From positions 411,928,001 through 411,992,000 of the forward strand of contig OZ024741.1 of assembly GCA_964016885.1 (NCBI GenBank): 64,000 nt of DNA, given 5' to 3'. Of this stretch, positions 36,215 to 48,800 are shown in pieces. A program made the translations under genes and the position numbers. Position 1 is the stretch's first letter. Each line of letters begins with the position of its first letter. This DNA is from Eledone cirrhosa. Its lineage: Eukaryota. A model generated the notes under the pieces. The model saw only the letters and a list, made by a program, of their open reading frames with translations, made no database searches and had not been told where the DNA came from.

Positions 36215-37416
36215 AAGTTCTAGTATGTAGAAAGGAGAATACGGCACAGGTCCCCTCAGGGAAATGGCCATGCTCAGTGTGTAGGAAAGGAGTAGGTAGA
36301 AATTCAATTATATGCCCCAAATGCAAACTATGGCTACATAAAAGATGTAGTGGGATCACAGGCAAGCTATCTAAGAATAGAGATTTTATATGTGGCGGAT
36401 GCACAGATGCATTAAGTAGCAAGGACCCACTGGATACTATCTCCTTCAACTGCCCAGATGGTTCTATAGAAATAGTAGATACTTTTCGTTACCTGGGTGC
36501 CAAAATCAGCAGTGGAGGAGGGTGCTCTGAAAGTACAGTAGCCAGAGTTAGAATGGGATGGAAAAAGTTCAGAGAACTAATACTGCTGTTGGCCACAAAG
36601 GGTTTCTCTCTAAAAATGAAAGGCAAATTGTCTGATGCTTGTATACAAATAACAATGTTACATGGCAGTGAAACATGGACTTTGTGTGCAGAGGATCTGC
36701 GTAGATTAGAAAGAAATGAAGCTTGCATGCTCTGATAGATGTGTAATAGTAATGTCGGCAAAAGGCAAACCATAAACGAATTGAGAGAGAGACTAAGCAT
36801 AAGAGGTATCAAATGTTGTTCTGGAGAAGAGACTGCGTTGGTATGGCCATGTGATGCGCATGAAAGACGACAGCTGTATAAAAATGTGCAGGGCAATCAA
36901 AATTGTTGGAAGCTACGGAGTAGGTAGACCCAGAAAAATCTGGGACAAGGTGATAAAAACTGACCTTGCTCACTTACACCTCTCTAAGACAATGTCACTG
37001 GATCGAGATCTTTGGTGCTACGCAGTAATACAGAAGACCCGCCTTCCCTACATACAAAATTAAACCTACCGTCAGTAGGTACCTCTTAACCAAATAACCC
37101 CCCCCCCCCCCCTCCCCTACTTTATCCTCCCACTCCCACCAACACCTCCCTTTCTCTGTAAAGTTATGTTGGTACCATAGAACACCCAATCCACACAGTA
37201 AAGTGGTCATGTAGTAGACAAAGTAAAAAGGCTCCCAGTCCACATTGTAAATGTGGTTGGTGTTACGAAGGGCATCCAGCCATAGAAAACCTGCTAGAAA
37301 CAGTTCTAAACGTGCGAGACATGGTCCGGTCACCCAATCAATCTCATCTCAAGTGGGACAGACCTATCCAACCCATGCTAGCATGGAAGATGGCCGTTAA
37401 ACGATGATGATGATGA
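36215..37416 (+). mobile_element. RTE LINE 3' fragment (related subfamily)
   Basis: PHD-like cluster, VDTFRYLG, stops and frameshifts, (ATG)n tail. Confidence 0.9.
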
Positions 37417-37687
37417 TATATATATATCTTATATATATATATGATGAACTTCAGTTACAAACCTAACTAATATATATATATATGAATGCATATATATATA
37501 TATAATAATAATACTATTTGTAGTTATGTATATAGTATAAACAACCACAAACAGGAAGGTCAGTAATTTATTAATAACCTTATTACCAGTAAGGGAAATA
37601 GCTCAATGTATGAACATCAGTTGTTTTACAGAGCAATTAAATCAATAAATTATACAATTATCAAAGTTGTGTTTAAATCATTTAATA

Positions 37688-37732
37688 GCTGACAATTGTT
37701 TCTTCCAAACTCTTGTTTGGAGTAATCGGAGC
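37688..37732 (-). ncRNA. Degenerate minimal hammerhead
   Basis: GCT-CCGATTA-CTCCAAAC.AAGA.GTTTGGAA-GAAAC-AATT-GTC-AGC. Two core mutations; stems II and III intact. Confidence 0.55.
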
Positions 37733-38394
37733 ATTATCAATGTTTGCACATATAATTACCCTCCTATTCAACTGAACAATAATATAGATACATATCAATT
37801 GATGTTGTGAGCAACAGTTTTGTATTTACAGGGTGGAATGGATGCGACATATATTTTACGAGAATTGTACAATAATTGTACAAACATTCAATTTCAAATT
37901 AAAATTAAAATCGAAATTAAATTAAAATCAAAATCAAAATCAAAAGCACGGAGTGGAATACATGCAACAGTTAAAACAAGGGAATAGTCCAAATATTAAA
38001 GAGGCATTGAGGAAGTAGTTTTGAGAAAGGAAGAGTGCGATAACAATTAATATTCAGGCGTGTGGATATTGTGACTGCGTAAGTCATATATGACTTATAT
38101 ATATATCCATATATCCATATATACATATATACATTATACAAATAAATATATATATACGTATATACATATATCCATATATCCATATATCCATATATATAGA
38201 TATATAGACATCTATTTCTATAGAGTATATCTAAAGATATATTTATGTATCAGTAACTATTTAGAGGCTGTCAACACCAAGAAAGACAGAAAAGCTGTGT
38301 TGCTAGGTAACAGTGTCAGACTTATTTCTAGTAATTCTATAGCATTTCTTTATATGTGATTAATGTTGTTACTGGACTTAAATGGGAAGTCCTA

Positions 38395-38572
38395 CACCAC
38401 CACCACCACCACCACCAACACCATCATTACCATCACTGCCATCACCACCACCAACAACACCATCACCACTACTGCCACCAACAACATCATCACCACCACC
38501 ACTGCCACCAACAACACCATCATCATCACCACCACCACCAAATCCACCACCACCATCACCACCACCACCACC
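38395..38572. repeat. (CAC/CAT/CAA)n tract
   Basis: Read directly. Confidence 0.95.
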
Positions 38573-38784
38573 TGAGCTAATTATAGTAATCAGGTCACAA
38601 CAATCACCTACAAAGATCTATACACTATTGGACATGTTTTTTCTGACTGGTTTCTTTATTGACATATATGTATATATCTATATAGCACTTGTTGCTTAGG
38701 TTCAGTAGCGAGGTGTAGAGCTAGACAGAGTGTAATATAATAATACAAGGATGATTTGTTATGTCTTCATTACATTTATTGATT

Positions 38785-38869
38785 GGTGGCGCGCGTTTCG
38801 CTATTGATCAGCTGAAGGTTCAATCTGTATCAATCTGGCCTGACTCTGGAATCAAAAGCTCGTCAGACC
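38785..38869 (-). ncRNA. Type I hammerhead, Penelope-like, with a mutated cleavage triplet
   Basis: GGT-CTGACGA-GCTTTTGAT...ATCAATAGC-GAAAC-GCGC-GCC-ACC. A short palindrome at 38862-38900 overlaps its 5' end. Confidence 0.7.
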
Positions 38870-38916
38870 TCTGCTGTTGTAATGACAGCAGAGGTCTGAC
38901 TATTATATATATATAA

Positions 38917-39112
38917 GGGCGGTGGGTTGGCAGTATCGGTAGAGGGTCGGATGCCATGCTTTGGAGGCATAGAGTTACGGCCCTTGCCATTCTGAGTTCA
39001 AATCCCGCCGAGGTTAACTTTGTCTTTCATCCTTACGGGGTCGATAAAATAAAGTACCAGTAATGCACTGGGATAATTGCTGGCCTTGTGCCAAAAGTAG
39101 AAACAATTATAT
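38917..39112 (+). mobile_element. tRNA-derived SINE
   Basis: Full head GGGCGGTGGGTTGGCAGTATCGGTAG and B box GAGTTCAAATCCC, inserted in (TA)n. Confidence 0.85.
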
Positions 39113-39120
39113 ATATATTA

Positions 39121-39827
39121 TATATAATCAAGGTTTAGCAAATAAGAAAAAGTTTCAAAATAAATTTCAAAAAATTCACTGTACTCACTATGGTTACCTT
39201 TACCGAATCGGTTTCGAGTCTCAAAAATAAATGGACAGTCCTTGCGGCCTTCCATTGAAAAGATAAACTCTCATCAGAAGGTTCTTTTCACTCGGAGAAT
39301 ATAAAATTCCCGAGTTCAAATTACGAACTGGCGCTATTCAAAATTGTTTCCGAGATGAGAATGAATGATGTGGAAGCAATTCTGTCCAGTGCCGTGTGTA
39401 AAGATAGAAGCAGAGGCAGGGAGGTCAGTCTACTACCACTATAAATAGCAGCAGTCAAAACGACCAAATTTTATCTCGACCAAGAGCAGAATAATAATAA
39501 AGTATATATCCCTACACGCAAAAAGCGTCCAGGGACACATGTATTCTCCGAGTGAAAAGAACCTTCTGACGAGAGTTTATCTTTTCAATGGAAGGCCGCA
39601 AGGACTGCCCATTTATTTTTGAGACTCGAAAGATTCGGTAAAGGTAACCATAGTGAGTACAGTGAATTTTTTGAAATTTATTTTAAAACTTTTTCTTATT
39701 TGCTAAACCTTGATTATATATGTTCTGGATCGTTAATTTATTAACCTGCCATTGAACCACATTGGCATATGGTTGGACAATACATGTGTCCCTGGACGCT
39801 TTTTGTGTGTAGGGATATATACTTTAT

Positions 39828-39832
<5 letters not shown>
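39121..39832. mobile_element. Nested inverted pLTR-like repeats (39121-39301 / 39542-39720 and 39490-39545 / 39778-39832)
   Basis: Reverse-complement matches seen by eye. The second hammerhead copy (39561-39645) lacks 2 nt of stem III. Confidence 0.8.
39196..39282 (-). ncRNA. Intact type I hammerhead ribozyme with extended stem-loop II
   Basis: ACCTT-CTGATGA-GAGT...ACTC-GAAAC-CG.ATT.CG-GTA-AAGGT. All core nucleotides and three stems are present. Confidence 0.85.
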
Positions 39833-39894
<62 letters not shown>

Positions 39895-41200
39895 CAGGGT
39901 GTGGACAATATTTGTTTGCAATTTTCAACTGCTAATTTTATGCAAATTTTTTTTTACTTCCATTGTCACTCTTGTCTTCATAAAAACAGTGACTATATTT
40001 CCATTATTTATTTTCAGAATAATTGATTATGAATAATTTTTGAACCTCCAAATTTGTGGAAGAGACACAGAGTTCTTCTTGGAATCCGTGCCGGGAGGAC
40101 AAATGAGGAAATTTCAGCCTTTCTCAGTGTCAGCAGGAGAATGGTGGAAAAAGTCAGAAAGGAATTGGAAGATTCAGGATTCAACTACGAAGCAACATCA
40201 GAGAGGAAGACACATGATCGATGATCTGACGCCTCCAGAACGCCCGAGTTCGTCGCTGAAGTTCAGGATATCATCAACAATGAACCTAGTAAGTCGATGC
40301 GTGCCATTGCAAGGGAGAAGGGCGTGGATGACAAGCTCATTAGGATGGTGGTACATAAAGACATTCGCTATGTTCCATACAAGATGAGGAAAGGACAATT
40401 TCTGTCAAAGGCGATGCAACAAAAGCGACTGAAGCACGCAAAGAAGCTGATCAACAAGTTGAAACACCCACTGGAGCCAGACATGCTGTGGTTTTTCTCC
40501 GACGAGAAAAACTTCTGCCAAGACCAGAAGATCAACTCCCAGAACAACAGGTAGCTCGCTGTCTCATCCAAAGACGTGCCCAGAGTCATGCAGACAAAGT
40601 TTCCAGCGACATTGGTCTTAGGTGTCGTCAGCAGTCAAGGTGACGCCATGCCACCTCACTTCTTCCCTGAGGGCCTCCAGCTGAACACCGATGGCTACAT
40701 CCGTGTTCTGAGCGATGTAGTAAAGCTCTGGATCGATGAGGTAGCTGCAGGTAGGCCCTACGTGTGGCAGCAAGACTCAGCGCCCTGCCATACTAGCCGA
40801 AAGACCCAAGCCTGGTTGTCAGAGAACTTCGTCGACCACACTTCACCTGACATCTGGCCTCCCAGCTCGCCTGACTGCAACCCCCTCAACTTCTTTGTGT
40901 GGGGCGCAGTGGAACGAGACACCAACAGATCTAGCTGCAATACGAAAGACGATCTGAAGGCCAGGATCACAAGTGCCTTTAGGGGCCTAAGTCAGGGGAC
41001 AGTGACGAAGGCCTGTAGCCGGTTCCAAGGCCGCCTTGAGGCCGTCATCAAAGCCAATGGCAGGTTTATCGAGTGACATCGAAAGAACAAGTCATGAAGA
41101 CAAACTGACCCAAGTTTGATAAATATATCTTAAAAGATAAAACTACTGTGTTATTTTTTCCTAGACAGTAATCTTGCGAACAAATATCGTCCACACCCTG
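39895..41200 (+). mobile_element. Full-length, inactivated Tc1/mariner transposon of the DD37D (maT) type
   Basis: TIRs CAGGGTGTGGACAATATTTGTTTGCAA / TTGCGAACAAATATCGTCCACACCCTG with TA on both sides; 1306 bp. Confidence 0.93.
40029..41076 (+). pseudogene. DD37D transposase pseudogene
   Basis: WFFSDEK, WQQDSAPCH and SPDCNPLNF motifs, with 37 residues between the second D and the third position (now N). In-frame stops at about 40222 and 40552 and an apparent frameshift just after the ATG. Confidence 0.88.
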
Positions 41201-41208
41201 TATATATA

Positions 41209-41858
41209 CTAGCTGAATTACCCGCGCCTTGATGCATTTCACACATTTGTTTTGTAAGAAAATGATGATTGATTTTAAATCAGTGATATAATTTATGGAG
41301 AAAAACTCTGCATATAGATTTTTTGAAGTTCCAGTCCTTGAAACAGCCACATAAAACATGCCATGACTGAAACATGAGTTTGTCAGATATATACCAATAG
41401 TTTTGAAAGTTTGACCTTGACTCTTATTGATGTTCATGGCAAAGCATGGCCTCACTGGGAATTGCAGCCTCTTATATGTAAAAGGTAACTCGCTATCACT
41501 TGGTATAAGTGGAATCCTCGGAATGAGAAGAGCTTGACCTTTGTAAGCCCCGAATATAATGGTTGCTTCAATGAAGTCCTCAAGCAATCTTGTTACAAAA
41601 CATCTTGTTCCATTTATTGGAATTTTGTGAATAGGCATCATATCTTGTCATTTACCTATAGTTTAAATTTCATATAAATCGAAGGAAAAAAGATTTCAGC
41701 GGGGGCTTGTGCTTCTGGGGAACCCTTTGATTATAGTGAAATATACTTATCCAAGTACTCTGGGCAATGTAGTTTCAGAATATATATGGTTATGGGGGTC
41801 TATCTCCAAAACTATAGGAGGAGTTCGTGAACAAACAGGAACTACAACTTTATATAGA
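41209..41858 (-). mobile_element. Non-autonomous Helitron carrying the C-terminus of the Pif1-like helicase
   Basis: NGTR, LIPRIPLIP, KRLQFPVRPCFAMNINKSQGQT and FSHGMFYVAVSR motifs. Minus-strand ends A|TC (41858) and CTAG|T (41209), with a GC-rich subterminal stretch. Confidence 0.8.
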
Positions 41859-41940
41859 TATATTGTTCAGCATCATCACCATTCTAGATCCTTGTTCCAT
41901 TTGGCATGGGTTTAATGGATTGTCATGTTTTATGACTTAA

Positions 41941-42778
41941 CATGTGTGTGTATGTGTGTGTGCTTCTCCATGTGTGTGTGTATTTGTGCTTCTGTATGTA
42001 TGTGTGTGTATTTGTGTATGGGTGTGTGTTTGTGTGTGTATGTGTGTGTTTGTGTATGTGTGTGTGTTTGTGTATGTGTGTGTGTTTGTGTATGTGTGTG
42101 TGTTTGTATGAGCGTATGTGTTTGTGTATGTGTGTGTGTTTGTATGAGTGTATGTGTTTGTGTATGTATGTGTGTTTGTATGAGTGTATGTGTGTTTGTA
42201 TGAGTGTGTGTGTTTGTGTATGTGTGTGTGTTTGTGTATGTGTGTTTGTAAGAGTGTATGTTTGTGTATGTGTGTTTGTAAGAGTGTATGTTTGTGTATG
42301 TGTGTTTGTATGAGTGTGTGTGTTTGTGTATGAGTGTGTGCATTTGTGTATGTGTGTGTTTGTGTATGTGTGTGTGTTTGTATGAGTGTGTGTGTTTGTG
42401 TATGTGTGTGTGTGTTTGTAAGAGTGTATGTGTTTGTGTATGTGTGTGTGTTTGTGTATGTATGTGTGTTTGTATGAGTGTATGTGTTTGTATGAGTGTG
42501 TGTGTTTGTGTATGTGTGTGTGTTTGTGTATGTGTGTGTTTGTATGAGTGTATGTGTTTGTGTATGTGTGTGTGTTTGTATGAGTGTGTGTTTGTGTATG
42601 TGTGTGTGTGTGTTTGTAAGAGTGTATGTGTTTGTGTATGTGTATGTGTGTGCGTTTATATGAGTGTATGTGTTTGTATGAGTGTGTGTGTTTGTGTATG
42701 TGTGTGTGTTTGTGTATGTGTGTGTTTGTGTATGTGTGTGTGTTTGTATGAGTGTGTGTGTTTGTGTATGTGTGTGTC
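41941..42778. repeat. Complex (TG)n/TGTATG microsatellite
   Basis: Read directly. Confidence 0.95.
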
Positions 42779-42859
42779 ATTGGTGTCCTGTAGCCACAGT
42801 GATTGAAACCAGTAAAACAATAAAAGTATAAGTATGGGGCTTTATTTCAGTATTGGTAC

Positions 42860-45800
42860 ATCAATGGTGGAAGCCAGTCTATGGCGGACAATAGCACCAT
42901 TGACCAGTTGATATCAATGGTGGAAGCCAGTCTATGGCAGACAATAGCACCATTGACCAGTTGATATCAATGGTGGAAGCCAGTCTATGGCAGACAATAG
43001 CACTATTGACCAGTTGATATCAATGGTGGAAGACAGTCTATGGCAGACGATAGCACCATTAACCAGTTGATATCAATGGTGGAAGCCAGTCTATGGCGGA
43101 CAATAGCACCATTGACCAATTGATATCAATGGTGGAAGCCAGACTATGGCGGACAATAGCACCATTGACCAGTTAATATCAATGGTGGAAGCCAGTCTAT
43201 GGCAGACAATAGCACCATTGACCAGTTGATATCAATGGTGGAAGCCAGTCTATGGCAGACAATAGCACCATTGACCAGTTGATATCAATGGTGGAAGACA
43301 GTCTATGGCAGACAATAGCACTATTGACCAGTTGATATCAATGGTGGAAGCCAGTCTATGGCAGACAATAGCACCATTGACCAGTTGATATCAATGGTGG
43401 AAGCCAGTCTATGGCAGACAATAGCACCATTGACCAGTTGATATCAATGGTGGAAGGCAGTCTATGGCAGACAATAGCACCATTGACCAGTTGATATCAA
43501 TGGTGGAAGCCAGTCTATGGCAGACAATAGCCGCATTGACCAGTTGATATCAATGGTGGAAGCCAGTCTATGGCAGACAATAGCCCCATTGACCAGTTGA
43601 TATCAATGGTGGAAGCCAGTCTATGGCAGAAAATAGCCGCATTGACCAGTTGATATCAATGGTGGAAGCCAGTCTATGGCGGACAATAGCAGCATTGACC
43701 AGTTGATATCAATGGTGGAGGCCAATCTATGGCAGACAATAGCACCATTGACCAGTTGATATCAATGGTGGAAGCCAGTCTATGGCAGACAATAGCACCA
43801 TTGACCAGTTGATATCAATGGTGGAAGCCAGTCTATGGCAAACAATAGCACCATTGACAAGTTGATATCAATGGTGGAAGCCAGTCTATGGCAGACAATA
43901 GCACCATTAACCAGTTGATATCAATGGTGGAAGCCAGTCTATGGCAGACAATAGCACCATTGACCAGTTTATATCAATGGTGGAAGCCAGTCTATGATCA
44001 GACAATAGCCCCATTGACCAGTTGATATCAATGGTGGAAGCCAGTCTATGGCAGACAATAGCACCATTGACCAGTTGATATCAATGGTGGAAGGCAGTCT
44101 ATGGCAGACAATAGCACCATTGACCAGTTGATATCAATGGTGGAAGCCAGTCTATGGCAGACAATAGCACCATTGACCAGTTGATATCAATGGTGGAAGC
44201 CAGTCTATGGCAGACAATAGCACCATTGACCAGTTGATATCAATGGTGGAAGCCAGTCTATGGCAGACAATAGCGCCATTGACCAGTTGATATCAATGGT
44301 GGAAGGCAGTCTATGGCAGACAATAGCACCATTGACCAGTTGATATCAATGGTGGAAGGCAGTTTATGGCGGACAATAGCACCATTGACCAGTTGATATC
44401 AATGGTGGAAGCCAGTCTATGGTGGACAATAGCACCATTGACCAGTTGATATCAATGGTGGAAGCCAGTCTATGGCGAACAATAGCACCATTGACCAGTT
44501 GATATCAATGGTGGAAGGCAGTCTATGGAAGACAATAGCACCACTGATCAGTAGATATCAATGGTGGAAGACACTCTATGGCGGACAATAGCACCATTGA
44601 CCAGTTGATATCAATGGTGGAAGGCAGTCTATGGCAGACAATAGCACCATTGACCAGTTGATATCAATGGTGGAAGGCAGCCTATGGCAGACAATAGCAC
44701 CATTGACTAGTTGATATCAATGGTGGAAGCCAGTCTATGGCAGACAATAGCACCATTGACCAGTTGATATCAATGGTGGAAGGCAGTCTAAGGCAGACAA
44801 TAGCACCATTGACCAGTTGATATCAATGGTGGAAGCCAGTCTATGGCAGACAATAGCACCATTGACCAGTTGATATCAATGGTGGAAGCCAGTCTATGGC
44901 AGACAATAGCACCATTGACCAGTTGATATCAATGGTAGAAGGCAGTCTATGGCAGACAATAGCACCATTGACCAGTTGATATCAATGGTGGAAGGCAGTC
45001 TATGGCAGACAATAGCACCATTGACCAGTTGATATCAATGGTGGAAGGCAGTCTATGGCAGACAATAGCACCATTGACCAGTTGATATCAATGGTGGAAG
45101 CCAGTCTATGGCAGACAATAGCACCATTGACCAGTTGATATCAATGGTGGAAAGCACTCTATGGCAGACAATAGCACCATTGACCAGTTGATATCAATGG
45201 TGGAAGGCAGTCTATGGCAGACAATAGCACCATTGACCAGTTGATATCAATGGTGGAAGCCAGTCTATGGCAGACAATAGCACCATTGACCAGTTGATAT
45301 CAATGGTGGAAGCCAGTCTATGGCAGACAATAGCACCATTGACCAGTTGATATCAATGGTGGAAGCCAGTGTATGGCGGACAATAGCACCATTGACCAGT
45401 TGATATCAATGGTGGAGGCCAGTCTATGGCAGACAAGAGCACCATTGACCAGTTGATATCAATGGTGCAAGCCAGTCTATGGCAGACAATAGCACCATTG
45501 ACCAGTTGATATCAATGGTGGAAGGCAGTCTATGTCTGACAATAGCACCATTGACCAGTTGATATCAATGGTGGAAGGCAGTCTATGGCAGACAATAGCA
45601 CCATTGACCAGTTGTTAACAATGGTGGAAGCCAGTCTATGGCGGACAATAGCACCATTGACCAGTTGATATCAATGGTGGAAGGCAGTCTATGGCAGACA
45701 ATAGCACCATTGACCAGTTGATATCAATGGTGGAAGGCAGTCTATGGCAGACAATAGCACAATTGACTAGTTGATATCAATGGTGGAAGCCAGTCTATGG

Positions 45801-48800
45801 CAGACAATAGCCCCATTGACCAGTTGATATCAATGGTGGAAGCCAGTCTATGGCAGACAATAGCCCCATTGACCAGTTGATATCAATGGTGGAAGCCAGT
45901 CTATGGCAGACAATAGCACCATTGACCAGTTGATATCAATGGTGGAAGGCAGTCTATGGCAGACAATAGCACCATTGACCAGTTGATATCAATGGTGGAA
46001 GCCAGTCTATGGCAGACAATAGCACCATTGACCAGTTGATATCAATGGTGGAAGCCAGTCTATGGCAGACAATAGCACCATTGACCAGTTGATATCAATG
46101 GTGGAAGACAGTCTATGGCAGACAATAGCACCATTGACCAGTTGATATCAATGGTGGAAGCCAGTCTATGGCAGACAATAGCACCATTGACCAGTTGATA
46201 TCAATTGTGGAAGCCAGTCTATGGCAGACAATAGCACCATTGACCAGTTGATATCAATGGTGGAAGCCAGTCTATGGCAGACAATAGCACTATTGACCAG
46301 TTGATATCAATGGTGGAAGACAGTCTATGGCAGACAATAGCACCATTGACCAGTTGTTATCAATGGTGGAAGCCAGTCTATGGCAGACAATAGCACCATT
46401 GACCAGTTGATATCAATGGTGGAAGGCAGTCTATGGCAGACAATAGCACCATTGACCAGTTGATATCAATGGTAGAAGGCAGTCTATGGCAGACAATAGC
46501 ACCATTGACCAGTTGATATCAATGGTGGAAGCCTGTCTATGGCAGACAATAGCACCATTGACCAGTTGATATCAATGGTGGAAGCCAGTCTATGGCAGAC
46601 AATAGCACTATTGACCAGTTGATATCAATGGTGGAAGACAGTCTATGGCAGACAATAGCACCATTGACCAGTTGATATCAATGGTGAAAGACAGTCTATG
46701 GCAGACAATAGCACCATTGACCAGTTGATATCAATGGTGGAAGCCAGTCTATGGCAGACAATAGCACCATTGACCAGTTGATATCAATGGTGGAAGCCAG
46801 TCTATGGCAGACAATAGCACCATTGACCAGTTGATATCAATGGTGGAAGCCAGTCTATGGCAGACAATAGCACCATTGACCAGTTGATATCAATGGTGGA
46901 AGCCAGTCTATGGCAGACAATAGCACCATTGACCAGTTGATATCAATGGTGGAAGCCAGTCTATGGCAGACAATAGCACCATTGACCAGTTGATATCAAT
47001 GGTGGAAGGCAGTCTATGGCAGACAATAGCACCATTGACCAGTTGATATCAATGGTGGAAGGCAGTCTATGGCAGACAATAGCACCATTGACCAGTTGAT
47101 ATCAATGGTGGAAGCCAGTCTATGGCAGACAATAGCACCATTGACCAGTTGATATCAATGGTGGAAGCCAGTCTATGGCAGACAATAGCACCATTGACCA
47201 GTTGATATCAATGGTGGAAGGCAGTCTATGGCAGACAATAGCACCACTGACCAGTTGATATCAATGGTGGAAGGCAGTCTATGGCAGACAATAGCACCAT
47301 TGACCAGTTGATATCAATGGTGGAAGCCAGTCTATGGCGGACAATAGCACCATTGACCAGTTGATATCAATGGTGGAAGGCAGTCTATGGCAGACAATAG
47401 CACCATTGACCAGTTGATATCAATGGTAGAAGGCAGTCTATGGCAGACAATAGCACCATTGACCAGTTGATATCAATGGTGGAAGGCAGCCTATGGCAGA
47501 CAATAGCACCATTGACTAGTTGATATCAATGGTGGAAGCCAGTCTATGGCAGACAATAGCACCATTGACCAGTTGATATCAATGGTGGAAGGCAGTCTAA
47601 GGCAGACAATAGCACCATTGACCAGTTGATATCAATGGTGGAAGGCAGTCTATGGCAGACAATAGCACCATTGACCAGTTGATATCAATGGTGGAAGCCA
47701 GTCTATGGCAGACAATAGCACCATTGACCAGTTGATATCAATGGTGGAAGGCAGTCTAAGGCAAACAATAGCACCATTGACCAGTTGATATCAATGGTGG
47801 AAGGCAGTCTATGGCAGACAATAGCACCATTGACCAGTTGATATCAATGGTGGAAGGCAGTCTATGGCAGACAATAGCACCATTGACCAGTTGATATCAA
47901 TGGTGGAAGGCAGTCTATGGCAGACAATAGCACCATTGACCAGTTGATATCAATGGTAGAAGGCAGTCTATGGCAGACAATAGCACCATTGACCAGTTGA
48001 TATCAATGGTGGAAGGCAGTCTATGGCAGACAATAGCACCATTGACCAGTTGATATCAATGGTGGAAGGCAGTCTATGGCAGACAATAGCACCATTGACC
48101 AGTTGATATCAATGGTGGAAGGCAGTCTATGGCAGACAATAGCACCATTGACCAGTTGATATCAATGGTGGAAGGCAGTCTATGGCAGACAATAGCACCA
48201 TTGACCAGTTGATATCAATGGTGGAAGCCAGTCTATGGCAGACAATAGCACCATTGACCAGTTGATATCAATGGTGGAAAGCACTCTATGGCAGACAATA
48301 GCACCATTGACCAGATGATATCAATGGTGGAAGGCAGTCTATGGCAGACAATAGCACCATTGACCAGTTGATATCAATGGTGGAAGCCAGTCTATGGCAG
48401 ACAATAGCACCATTGACCAGTTGATATCAATGGTGGAAGCCAGTCTATGGCAGACAATAGCACCATTGACCAGTTGATATCAATGGTGGAAGCCAGTGTA
48501 TGGCGGACAATAGCACCATTGACCAGTTGATATCAATGGTGGAGGCCAGTCTATGGCAGACAATAGCACCATTGACCAGTTGATATCAATGGTGCAAGCC
48601 AGTCTATGGCAGACAATAGCACCATTGACCAGTTGATATCAATGGTGGAAGGCAGTCTATGTCTGACAATAGCACCATTGACCAGTTGATATCAATGGTG
48701 GAAGGCAGTCTATGGCAGACAATAGCACCATTGACCAGTTGTTAACAATGGTGGAAGCCAGTCTATGGCGGACAATAGCACCATTGACCAGTTGATATCA

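Noticed and set aside
38356-38699. Poly-His, poly-Thr and poly-Pro ORFs (also poly-Val at 15299-15643 and 33476-33752)
   Set aside because: They are trinucleotide microsatellite translations.
41066-41641. Host PIF1 helicase gene
   Set aside because: Only a C-terminal fragment is present, bounded by Helitron TC/CTAG ends, and the ORF tail runs into the mariner TIR.
41923-42806. Long HT/CV-rich and YI-rich ORFs here and throughout the window
   Set aside because: They are dinucleotide microsatellite artefacts.
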